This document shows positions 28,558 to 40,036 of a stretch of DNA of 64,000 bases, piece by piece. The first letter of the stretch is position 1. Each line of letters begins with the position of its first letter. This stretch comes from Amphiscolops sp. MND2022 (taxonomy: Eukaryota). The stretch is from assembly GCA_964187785.1 (NCBI GenBank), contig OZ076409.1:84198001-84262000 (forward strand), read 5' to 3'. The position numbers were made by a program, and so were the translations under genes. The notes below the pieces were generated by a model. That model was not told the DNA's origin, made no database searches, and worked only from the letters and a program-made list of their open reading frames with translations.

Positions 28558-29752
28558 TGTAAAAGGACGTTAAAAACTGCTTGTCTGATGAGAATAAATT
28601 AACTCCACCGGATCAGAAACAACTGAAAGCAGCATAACAATTCAGGAACTGAACAAACTACCATTGTGTTTACATTGTGCTATCGAATAAAACGAACGAG
28701 ACCTATGATATAATGATCGCTGCGCAAAACGAATGAAAAAGGGGCTGAACCTCACAGTTTTTCTTGTGTCTGAGAAGACCACCATGAATTCCTTCGGCAA
28801 AAGTTTCCCGTCCATGCTGAAGTGACGTCGGTGCTTTTGTGTCTGCAGTAGTAATGTTCATCATCACATTATTACAATTTAGTTTGATTAGAAACCACAT
28901 TATTAAAATGACATGTTCAACACAGAGGCGAAGCCGTGCTTCGCAAACACTTGCGAACTTTTGAAGAAAACCAAATAAGCAATATCATACGGAAAACAAA
29001 GGGTAAAAGGAGATTAAAATTTCATCAATTTTACAGCGCCAAAAAATACCCGAAGGGATACGCGTAAGCCTCGAAAACCATTCTTCCCCAACTGAAAACA
29101 GCAAAAAACCCATTCTTTCTCAACGGAAAACCTTAAACAGAAAATAGAAAAAAAAATTCAAAATTTTTCGAAAACATTTTTGATGGTCTCCGGTAAGTCG
29201 CAAAGCCTTGAGGAGTCCTCTCGCAAAACGTTTCGTTTCTTGTAAAAATTGAGCAGGGGCTTCGATGAAAACAAATTTTAAAAAAATCGCATAGAAAAAA
29301 GATCGGTCTTTAAAAAAAACGATCTTTTAAAACTAAAAATTGAGAAAAAAAATTTTCGAATTTTTTTGAAGTTTCCGCTAAGTCGCATAGTGCCGAAAAA
29401 TGTGAAAAAGGGACCCTTTAGGATTTTATAACATTCGTTCTGTTGCGAGATATCAAAAAATTGAAAGGAGGACGCTTTGGGGACATTAAAAATTTTTTGA
29501 AAAAAAGGGAGTCTGAAAAAATTTTGAAAAAAAATAGAATTTTGAACAGTCTCATAGTGCCGAAAATTCTGAAAAAAGGGAACCTTCGGGATTTTTTAAC
29601 ATTTGTTCTCTTGCTAAATATAAAAAAATTGAAAGGAGGACTCTTTGGGGACATTTAAAAATTTTCGAAAAAAAGTCTCACAAAGCCGAAAATTCTCATA
29701 GTGCCGAAAAAAGTCAGAACCTTCTGCTTCGGAATACTTGTAAAAAAAATTA

Positions 29753-29825
29753 GCGCATACCCACGGGTTCGAACACGAAACCTCTGGGTTGAAAAGCAAG
29801 CATCTTACCACTAGACCACGAACGC
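29753..29825 (-). pseudogene. tRNA-derived sequence (Glu-TTC-like pseudo-tRNA or SINE head) attached to a DINE-like repeat
   Basis: GCGTTCGTGGTCTAGTGGTAAGATGCTTGCTTTTCAACCCAGAGGTTTCGTGTTCGAACCCGTGGGTATGCGC: A box TGGTCTAGTGG, B box GTTCGAACC, poor stem pairing. Confidence 0.6.
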
Positions 29826-32800
29826 GTGGAACGTGCGAGTTGCCGCGTGAAATCAGAGAGTTATCGCGCGGAAAAAAAGCACCCGCACTTTCCCATAACA
29901 CTTGCTTATCGCAAGTGTAAAGAAACCCGTGTTCTAACATCATGATCACGGCATTTTCAATATCACCTCCCGCAACTTCCTAGTTACGCAACCCCCAGGA
30001 ATTATTATTTTCCGCCCACATAAATGGGGGAGGAAAATCCTGATCTGTGACGCGTTTATTTTTACAAATTCTGCCAAAACTCCACTTCATCTCCACTCCA
30101 TCGAGTGAAGTGCACTTCACTTATTGCTTTCCCAGCCAGTAGGTCGTGGGTTCGATCCTCTCCTTCGCCTTACTTTTTTTGCAATAAGAGTGTCGCGGAA
30201 AATATCCCGGTGCTTAGCGGGCGTCTCGTTGTTTTGAGAAACTGGAAAATCAGGTTCTATGAATTCTCGCGGGCTGGAAATTTGCTATTCCACAGGCTCG
30301 AACAGTATACATTAGGCGTGTGAACCACATACTGTACCATAAATTGGCACCCGGCTTAAGTTTAAAAAAAACAGTTTCTTAAATATGCATAGGACACTAT
30401 TTTAAACTTATTTTCTCAGTGCCGATAAATACCCCAATTTGAAACGCATAAGACTTGGGAACCACTTTCGTCCAATGGAAACACAAAATCCATTTTTGAA
30501 AATTATTTTTTCATTTTTTTGCGGAAAAGCCTCATGGTGCCAAAATAGCTTTCAGCTCGCAAAACTTATTTTTCTCCAGCCGAAATCAGCTATGAAAGCG
30601 AGGGGGGCACCCTTTGTCCAAATGAAAGTTTCGGAAGACGCACAGAGCCAAAAAAAACTGAAAAAGGTCTTTTCCACAATCATTAGGAAACCTAAACAGT
30701 TCCACAGGATCAAAAAGTAACAAAGAGGTCACCCTGAAGACTCGGGAAACAAGTTTTCTTTACAGAGAACCGCAAAAAATCAAAAATTGTTCAAAAATGC
30801 CAATTTTTTTACTTGAAAGTGCATAGAGCCGGAAGAACTAAAAGTGGCCATTTATGCTCGCAAAACGTTTTGTTTCTGCTGAAAATCGAGGGAATAGTTT
30901 TTGAAAAAAACCTAAAAGTCACATAGTCCAGAAAAAATTCTAAAAAGGAGAGGACCCTTTGGTCTCCTTTATACTTTTATACTTTTGCATACAAAAATAT
31001 GGTAGTTCTTTTCTGAAGAAAAGCGCCGACAAACAAGTGCTCATAATGGTAAAAGTCACAGCAACGCTCGCCATTTGTTGGGTTGCTTATAAAGCGTTTG
31101 GAGGTTTCAAGACCATTTTCTGCAAATATATGGATCTAGTAAGTTCCTCACTTTGACTAATGGTGGATATTATAGGTCCTTAATTGTAGTAGTAGTAGTA
31201 AGGACGTATTTACAGAAATTTCTCGAAACTCTAGACCAACTCGATTGAAATCAAATTGCTAAAAACCACTCGTAGCTCGAAAATGTAGCGGAAAAGGACG
31301 ATTCAGTATCGAGGAAAAAATGAGACTACCGGTATTTTGTGTGGTTGATTTCATCGCGGCAAGTTTGAGTTGGGGAAAAATAATGGTTACAAAATTTAAT
31401 TAACGCCACTTATGACACTCCATTCATAGACTACGTTCCTTGACCTCGGATAGCGGGACAGACAAGTTGAACAAAGGAAAAAGGAATGCTACGACGAAAG
31501 GAAGGCAGATTAGCAAAGTTGCACCTCTTCATCTCTTCAACATAATTGTTTCACTCAATCCATTTGCTAGTTTCAAGATTTGAAATATACAGTACAGCTC
31601 TTTTCAATTGAACCAAGACATCAAAACTTAGTAAACATACGGCCCTATATGATGCCAAAATATGATTGAACAAAACTGCAAAAAACGTCGAGAGTCTGGA
31701 TTACCAACAGAACCAATATTTTGATCATGATATATTAAAGAGGGACAAAAGGGCATGGTTTGAAACAATGACTTCTACCCCACAGTTGGTCAAACTAAAC
31801 AATTCATACTTGGGTGTGTAACTATCATTTTTCGACGTTCGTTTGAAAATGTTAGAAAGTTAAGACTCCAAGAGTCCAGCGATTGAAATCTGGTAACTTA
31901 CATTTAAACATTGCCATCAAATGAGGCAGCATGAAATATTCGTTAAAGGGTCCTTCTGCAAATGGTAGTAAACTCAACAAATATATCTCACCTAAGCGCC
32001 GTCCTTGGTCACAATGCGTTCTCAATCTTCTGGCCTGTCACTGCCGTGATACATACTAACAAAAGAAACGCACAAGAACGCCTTCGGTAGTCTCGAAGGA
32101 ATAAGAAGCAATTTCGCAGCTTCTACACTGTGACATCTGAGAACCCGATCTACAGGAATAAAATGGCCACCTGCAGTTACCGCAGCACATTAAAACCGAA
32201 GCAATTGTCGGTACTCCTTGTATTAACAGAAAAGACTGAGACTATTTTAATTTCCTGTATTCCTTTTGGGCATTTCAAAGTTTGAGAAGGAAATGAAAAT
32301 TCAAGGAAAAGCTTTGGAGGTCAACTCCCACAGAGGGCGCAAGCTGGTAGAATCGAGACAGAATTGATTTTCGACTTCCTTTTGTCATGGAGTTAAACTT
32401 TTGGTTCAAGCAGGGCAAAGATTCGACCTTCAAACTTGGGGTAAAAGTTTTAAACTCCATGCATTCGCTGACCACAGGCAAACACTCTTTAAAACATGCA
32501 CCTCGGGAAAGAAACACGATTAGCTAGGACCGTCTACAGTAAAGTAAAGCTTCTCTAGTTTTCAGGGATTCTTGTCTGGAAATAATTCAATATAACGTTT
32601 GACTAAGGTATGTAATTTTGATTGGTCTCATTCTTCATGAATGTATTCTAATTTTTATATGTATTTTACCTAACAAGTTGCTTACTTTGTAGCTTACTTG
32701 AGCTTTTGGATTCAGTTTCGGGCTGCCTTCGCCGTGAACAGGCACATGACAGTTTATTATTTTTCTGGAGACTAATTCCACTGTGGAATGGAACCACCTT

Positions 32801-33003
32801 TGGTAACAGCCAGAAACAAAAATATTTTTGTGCAAAAGAATAACATAACTCTACTATCGACTTGCGTTGACATCTGCACGGTCGAATAATGAAAAGAAGT
32901 GTAAACACACTGATCACTCCATGAAAACGTTCCACCACAACTTACCCAGAAACTTAGTCATAGGTAATTTTGATACATGATCAATTTCACTAACGGAAAA
33001 GAG

Positions 33004-33213
33004 AACAAGCCGGGAACGGCCCTAGTCGGCGCCATATCTAAGGCTCGAAATAGCAAAAGTGTCAAGAAAACGTTATATGTGAACTTTGAAAACGTTTTAA
33101 TCCGAACTTTGAAAACGTTTGAACAAAAGAAAAAAGTGAACCATTCAGAGTGAACTGAAAAACTACCCACTGTAATGGTTCGGCACTTTTCTCAGGAAAA
33201 GCGCCGACTAAAA
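33004..33213 (+). mobile_element. Minimal (about 210 bp) Helentron/DINE-like copy
   Basis: Both family termini (aacaagccgggaacggccctagtcggcgc ... gcgccgactaaaaa) with almost no interior. Confidence 0.7.
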
Positions 33214-34440
33214 ACGCTTCAAAGCATCAACTATCTTGTCACCCTTACAGTAGTCATTGTTCAGGGGTCCAGACTGTACTAAACGGTGTCTACCAGGTTT
33301 TCTATCGTCAGAAATCTTCGCAATCGATACATGTGTTTCATTCAGTATACTTCATTCGGAGTTGCACGCTTCCTAAGTCACCGAAAATCAAAAAATTTGC
33401 AAAATGAGCACGGCAAAACATGGAAAACATTATTCGTATGTGATGCCTTAAATCCCCATCACTTTCTAATTAAAGTTGCAACATTTGACAGTTGCAACAG
33501 TTGCAATGACATTTGACATCACTTTATTTCGGACCTTGTATAATTAAGCACTACAGAGTAAGGATACACATGAAAATCAGCTTATATTGAATGCCACAGC
33601 CGAATGCTTTTGAGTTGTCTTCGCATACCTCCTTTGGCAAAGTATTATCAGGAAGTATTAGACGAAAAATTAAACAAAAATGACTAACCCAACTCAATGT
33701 TTTGGTCATGTACTAAGTAGATTGTGAGCCCGGTATTTACTGCACTTGAAATGAAATTCCCATATCTTGAAGGCTTAACGCCACGTTTGATCCGTTTTAT
33801 ATCGGATATCAGAATTTGAGAACCTCGTGTTCTAGTGGGGTACCATGTAATGAAGTTATGTGAAGATGATAGCTTGTAGACGCGGGAAAATTTCTTATGG
33901 CCCCGAAGCTTTTGAAAATGGGTGCCTTTTTGCATCTGCTTGTAACAAAATGACTCCTGCAGCACCATAATTGAGCCAGATTGCGATTAGGCAACGTTTA
34001 AATAAAATGGGGAAACGAGTTTATGAGCAGTAGTCAAACGGACGAATTGCGTCGTCCTCAAATTTGCAGAATAGGATGATTGTACATGCATCGTCCACAA
34101 TCAGACTCCATGACTTCGTCGTCAGTGTAGAGACCAATTGTAAATATATGGGGAGATTTGGAACAAGGTGTAAGCAAAGATGTTAAAAATATGATGGACC
34201 GAGAAGTTGATAATTAAGTGCCAACTCAGAAACAAGTTTTTCACTCTAATAAGTCATGATGGTAAAATTAGTCACTTGAGAGCTAAATTTTTGTTACAGT
34301 TGTAATTATTGGAGTTGAAGAGTTGCAAAAATGCTTTCGTGAGCAACACAAGTATGTAACAAGAAAATATGTTCATGGTTCACATTTGCAACTGAAACAG
34401 CAAAATACAAACATGTATATTAGATGAACATGTAATGAGT

Positions 34441-35075
34441 TCATTCAAGTTTGATATTTCAATCATTGAAAAAAATATGATAGTCGAAAAAAATCGAGAT
34501 TAATCTCGAACCTGTCACATGACTGGCTTTCCAACAGAAACGCCTGTACAAGTAATAGAGAAGTTCAATTTTCATGGCAAATCACAATTGTTTACATGGA
34601 AATCTCTCTCAATATCAGTCTTCACATTGAATATCAATCATACAATTAAATAGAAATACGTGAATACTACTGTCTGTTGGTCATTTTCTGGGTCAATACA
34701 AAACGCAATTCATTTCAGGAGAAATGTCGGCCAGATATTAATTTAAAAAATCTTTACTAATCATTCAAGTTTGATATTTCAATCATTGAAAAAAATGATA
34801 GTCGAAAAAAAATCGAGATTAATCTCGAAGCTATCACATGACTGGCTTTCCAACAGAAACGCCTGTACAAGTAATAGAGAAGTTCAATTTTCATGGCAAA
34901 TCACAATTGTTTACATGGAAATCTTTCTCAATGTCAGCCTTCACATTGAATGTCAATCATACAATTAAATAGAAATACGTGAATACCACTGTCTGTTGGT
35001 CATTTTTTGGGTCAATACAAAACGCAATTCATTTCAGGAGAAATGTCGGCCAGATATTATTTTAAAAAATCTTTA
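34441..35075 (+). repeat. Tandem duplication, about 320-bp unit x2
   Basis: tcattcaagtttgatatttcaatcattg... at 34441 and 34761, near-identical units. Confidence 0.92.
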
Positions 35076-35876
35076 ATAATCGGAATATCTAGCTTAGAAA
35101 AAGTGTATGTGCATCAAAAAAAATTTGTGACTGTGAATCGAAAATTCATTGTGAATCGAAATTCATTTAATTATGGAAGAGGGAAAATAGGTTTTCACCG
35201 CTCTGTGGCAAAAACCTGCTTCATTTTCGTAATCCTCATTGCCCAATTCTGAAAACAGCCTTTCATCCTTCTTAAATCAGTCCTGTTGTCCGGCCGGACG
35301 TTTTTCTGTCTGGTGCACCTCTAGTCACGAAAATAAGGTTTGATATTTTAAGGTCAGTCTGAATAAGCTTTCCAGATTCATAACGTTCAAATTACTTTGA
35401 GTTTTCCGGCATCGCTTTCTAAGATCATTTTTTCAAATCTAAAACGTCTGGAAATTATTTAGAATCGAACGATTGCTTAATAATATTCAGAGTCGATAAA
35501 TATTTGATAGCGATGTTTGACCATTCGTCTTGAAAATAATTAGCGTCTAAGGTACTAGTTGCATGTGGTGCCATTTTGAGTTGTTCGAGTTTTTCCTTTC
35601 ACGAAACGTAGAAATAGCACGCCCAATTCATTGTCACTTACATAAAATTCACATATTTGCTTTGGAATCCAAGCTTTATATTATAATTCGAAGGTGTTCG
35701 AATTGAAACGAAAAACAATGACCTAGTAGTAGTGTCACTGCTTGCTATTATTGGACTTTATTCGATCTCGAAGTTTTTGTCACTTTTTCTATGGAACCCA
35801 AAATTCAGGTTTCAGTTACAATAAGGGTTTTTGCAAAGGTACATTTTCTACAATACAGATATGCTAAATAACACAG

Positions 35877-37035
35877 CAGGGGGTCAGAAACATATTGTCA
35901 CCAGCCATTTGGGCGACAATATGGGGTCGGTCACAAGTGCGACAAAAATGTCGACCAAATGGTTTGATCAAATTGATCAATTAACTGATATATTTGAAGA
36001 CGCTAGCATATTTGTTGTATGGCTCGGTCGCTTCGCTCCCTTCGCCAAGTAGCAACATTGAGGCATGGCCATATGGCACGTCGCTCCGCTCCTGCATTTA
36101 GGGCACTAGGGGTATGTGGATTGCATGAAATGGGTCGAATGAAATAGGTCGAAAAGAATTAGGTCGACCCTTTTGGTCGAATAACTTAGGTCGAATTGAC
36201 TGAGGTCGAATTGGGTCGAATGGACTTGGGTCGAAATCAATATGTTGTCTCCCTTGAACTTGGCATTTTTCAAGGTCGACCCAAGTCCATTCGACCCAAT
36301 TCCGAAACGGTGAAGATTCGACCCATGGCACAGGAGGCCGATTCGACCCATTTCTTTCGACCCATTTCCGTTCACCCGGGGTATGTGAACATATTTGGTC
36401 ATTTTGTCTACAGGACATTTGGCGACATTTTTGTCGCCGAGTGGGCTGAAATTTTTGTCGCCCAAATGGCTGGTGACGAAAAGTCCCTGCCCCTACAGAA
36501 GGGATAAAGTTCAAATATACTGATGACTCAAAGATACTCGTGATAACAGAGAACAAATCGACCACGTGCCTGTGTTGAGCAAAAACTGAACGCAGTAGAA
36601 AATTGGTGCCGAACATTGCGGATTCAGCTGAACGGCACCAAGACCGAAATCGTGCCCATCAACTTAGACGTGAATATACCTTTGTTCGGGTGGGCGAAAG
36701 TAGGACGAAGGAACGGGATCGAAAATCAGAGTTAGTCCTCAGGTCGACATACCAAATTTTTGAAATGGATCGAAACAACTGGGATCGAAATTTTTATAAC
36801 GTAGTCAGATATGTTCACATACCCCTAGTACCCTGAATGCAGAAGCGAAGCGGAGCGACGTGCCATATGGCCATGCCTCAATGTTGCTACTTGGCGAAGG
36901 GAGCGAAGTGACCGAGCCAGACAACAAATACGATAAAATTCGACCGCATTCCATTCGATCCCTGCAATTCGATCAAAAGGTTCGACCTTCGTCCTTTCGA
37001 CCAGAAAAATTCGACCTATTTACAGCCACCCCCTG
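35877..37035. mobile_element. Nested foldback/MITE cluster
   Basis: About 110-bp inverted repeats at 36009-36118 and 36816-36930; outer cagggggt/accccctg ends; arms rich in ggtcgaa/ttcgacc and ggcgacaaa subrepeats. Confidence 0.6.
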
Positions 37036-37039
37036 TGTT

Positions 37040-37681
37040 CGAGATGAGAAAATTGCAAAATAAACTATGAGACAAAAATACTTGGACTGACGGTCGAAAA
37101 CAGTTTCCAGTTCAAAAGGCATGCAGAGAAGATAACTGCTCGTTGCAAAGGTCGGTGGAAATAAATGAGAATTCACTGTAATGAGACTTGGGGTCTTTCG
37201 CGGAATACACTTGTCCTTCTATACGAATCTCTCGTTTTACCAAAGTTACATCACTGTGCTCTTGTATGGGCGAATCAAAATAGCAAGAAGCTCGAAAGTT
37301 TTCAATCGTTCATCAATCGCGGTATTTTAGAGACAAGGTACTATCCGATTTCAATGGCTACCGAAGTGCTGCTGGGCATACCTCCAATAGATATCGTTGT
37401 TCAGAACATCCCAGCGAAATTTCTATCGAAAGTTCTACAAAATCATGACCATCTTTGGAAACGTGTTACTCAACAACAAAATCCATTGACGTTCATCACT
37501 CATCAGAGAAACATAATGAAACAATTCTACAATCTGAAATTGATTGTTTTATCTGACGACCAAAGCTACACCGAAGGTGTGAGTAGGAAACACATCCTTC
37601 ACAGATGGAACTCTAGGTGTTAAAAATTAAATAGTTTCATATATCGTTATGGCAAATCGAAGACCGAGATTGTGCTCCAAG
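37040..37681 (+). pseudogene. Non-LTR (APE-type LINE) RT C-terminal fragment, ending at the gypsy 5' LTR
   Basis: TKILGLTVE..FQF..H ... WGLSRNTLVLLYESLVLPKLHHCALVW ... EVLLGIPPID, typical LINE post-RT region. Confidence 0.7.
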
Positions 37682-38819
37682 TGTCATGCCTGCCAAGCAT
37701 GAAGGAAATAAATGAACCCTAAAATACCAATTCATACATCAAACTCCCTAAAATACAAATCATCATGTAAATACATTACAGTAATTTAATTGCCGAACAA
37801 TACAGTTGAACACATAACGACTGAAACCAACAATCATCCATTCATGTTATTGTGCATCGTTTAAACATCCATCCATGTTATTGTGCATCGTTTAAAAACC
37901 AGGACTGGAATATCCAGTCATTGCAGATGATTTATACATGTACGACTGAAACAATCAGTCATCAGCTATCGTGATGGTGCATCATTTAACCATTGTTTTT
38001 TACACTTTTTATATTACATGTAAAGTATTACTAGAATACTCAATCATTTCACAACATTTCGTCTATTTATATCAGTAATTAGTGCAGTATCCATTAGTAA
38101 ATTACTTCAAAACGATATTTAAAGCAGTCACTATGATGATAAGGATACACGGTAGTAAAGCCTCAGTTTAAGAGGTAATTGAGTTAATCGAACACGGAAA
38201 TGACTGGTGCTTGCGGTCATACTACATCAAACAAGAGTAATTAAACACCTATTATCACCCGCGACGACTGGTAGTTGCAGTCGTCAAGTGCAATTAAACA
38301 ACAATTAGTAGATTGAACGTCATTGGCTAAAAGGGAAGGTGCTAACACACTTTTATAATTACTCAATCGGGCAATACCGAACAGACACGAATTGTAACTT
38401 CTGACGATACAAGTTGCTTACTACCGTACCTTGAAATCATCAATTCTTACTTAAACCTAACACACTTCAATTCAAACTTAAAGTCTCCATCTTGTTTATG
38501 GTAACTACCAGATCTCAAAGTAATCAAAATAGACAGACAGAAAACGGAACTATGGACAGGTCAAGCGATAGTGAAAACGAAACTAGTTTCCCTGATGTCT
38601 TATCGAGAGATCAAATTGCTGACCTTGACTCTGAGGACGTATTAACCAGGCGTCAGAATAACAATAACTATGACATAGATTATCGGTTTAACGAAATAAA
38701 TAGACAAATCGGAGACCTTACGGACATTGTACTTAGTTTAACTAATCAGTTAGCCTCCGTTAATGGAGAAGGGAACAGACTTAATGCGGTTACTACCAAT
38801 ACCAACAGTCGTTCCGACA
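37682..38819 (+). repeat. 5' LTR
   Basis: TGTCATG...CCGACA; internal 28-bp tandem repeat at about 37835-37895; acgtca/attgg/ttttataatt promoter-like cluster at about 38318-38361; aataaa at 38695. Confidence 0.95.
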
Positions 38820-40036
38820 TGGTGACAGGAGTCTCGAACTCACGACCATCAGGATCTCGGACAACACCACCCAGCGGAACACCAAGAAGTGACGCCAGTA
38901 TTCCGCAGTTGACCGATGTGATGACGGAAATCCACCATCTCCGCAGCACCATGGGGGAAACCTTGACCCAGCCAAAAATCCTGCAGACCCAAGTACCCCT
39001 ATTTAAAGGAAACCGAGACAAATACAACGAATTTGAACATCTATTGCTCAATCACTTACGACCACATGCCCACAAGCTCACCGAGGAACAAAAGCTCAAC
39101 TACTTCCAGAGTCTCCTCAGGGATGATGCGATTGAGTTTTGGCAGACACTCCCGATCACAACGGAAACAACACTGAGAGACATACTGACGGCATTCAAAA
39201 AGGAATATGCAAAAGAGGAACTCTCAGAAGTCTCGAAATTCAAATTTGACCAGCTTCGGTATGACCCAACAACCGAGTCATTTAGTACCTTCCTTGCAAA
39301 CTACAAAAAGATTGCCAAACAAGCATACGGAGACAAGGCACAGGAAATCGTTCAAACCTTCCTGTTCGCCAAACTACCAATTCAGCTTCAAAATGAATTG
39401 GCAATCGCTGGAAAACACAACGCCAGCATCGAGGACATTAAAACGTTCGTTCAGAGGAGATGCCAGTATGCACAGTTGTTACCAAACCAACAACTGCTCC
39501 AACCATTTAATCAGGCTATTCAGACGCAAGAAGTCCCCAACAAGCCAGTCACCCAGAAACGAAACGAAAATGAACGACCACCTACCAAGAAGAAATTTGA
39601 TGGCAATTGCAGATACTGCGCGATATACGGACACAAATGGGCAGAGTGTCGAAAACGACAGCGAGACGAGGCAGCGGGTAACAGCAACTCTCAGGCTCAG
39701 AAAAAGCCCGAACAACAGAACAACAACCACGCAGAAACACAACCGAAATACAACGCCAAACTGGTCTGCCAAATTTGCGGGTACACAGGCCACTCTGCAA
39801 AAGACTGCAGGTATAGAATACCCCAAACTTCTGCCTACGGAAGTGTGCCCTACAACAGACAAACCACAACTGAAAACGGGGACTTCCGACGTGACTTCAG
39901 AAGAGCACAAAATAGCCCCTACCCAACCAATGAAATGAATGAGTTCACACCAGGGGAACAACAACACCAAACCAACGATGAGTACTACCAACAGGACTTC
40001 ACCGAAGCATCATCTAGCCAGCCAAAAAACTTCTGA
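38498..40036 (+). CDS. gag: Gypsy Gag with two CCHC zinc knuckles
   Basis: MVTTRSQ start; capsid-like VPLFKG..DKYNEF; CRYCAIYGHKWAEC and CQICGYTGHSAKDC. Confidence 0.93.
   Translation: MVTTRSQSNQNRQTENGTMDRSSDSENETSFPDVLSRDQIADLDSEDVLTRRQNNNNYDIDYRFNEINRQIGDLTDIVLSLTNQLASVNGEGNRLNAVTTNTNSRSDMVTGVSNSRPSGSRTTPPSGTPRSDASIPQLTDVMTEIHHLRSTMGETLTQPKILQTQVPLFKGNRDKYNEFEHLLLNHLRPHAHKLTEEQKLNYFQSLLRDDAIEFWQTLPITTETTLRDILTAFKKEYAKEELSEVSKFKFDQLRYDPTTESFSTFLANYKKIAKQAYGDKAQEIVQTFLFAKLPIQLQNELAIAGKHNASIEDIKTFVQRRCQYAQLLPNQQLLQPFNQAIQTQEVPNKPVTQKRNENERPPTKKKFDGNCRYCAIYGHKWAECRKRQRDEAAGNSNSQAQKKPEQQNNNHAETQPKYNAKLVCQICGYTGHSAKDCRYRIPQTSAYGSVPYNRQTTTENGDFRRDFRRAQNSPYPTNEMNEFTPGEQQHQTNDEYYQQDFTEASSSQPKNF
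38820..38832 (+). promoter_or_regulatory. Primer binding site (probably tRNA-Leu)
   Basis: TGGTGACAGGAGT abutting the LTR; one mismatch to the complement of a tRNA-Leu 3' end as I recall it (TGGTGTCAGGAGT). Confidence 0.65.

Larger units (their letters stand above)
23444..28663 (-). mobile_element. Ty1/copia LTR retrotransposon, GalEa-like, decayed
   Basis: 106-bp LTRs at 28558-28663 and 23444-23549 (7 mismatches), imperfect 5-bp TSD gtgtg/ttgtg, PBS TGGTAGCAGGAGC (tRNA-iMet-like), order gag(CAVCGSRFHWVKDC)-PR(VLDSCC)-IN(TDNGGEF, NGIVERHN)-RT(YVDD, TRPDI)-RNaseH(FSDAS, KRLR, MADCLTK). Confidence 0.92.

Noticed and set aside
31400..34150. Possible decayed minus-strand gene or transposase
   Set aside because: Some splice-like signals and short ORFs, but no recognisable motif or consistent frame.
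39207..39991. 243-aa alternative-frame ORF and antisense ORFs overlapping gag
   Set aside because: Explained by the T-poor composition of the gag strand; no motifs.
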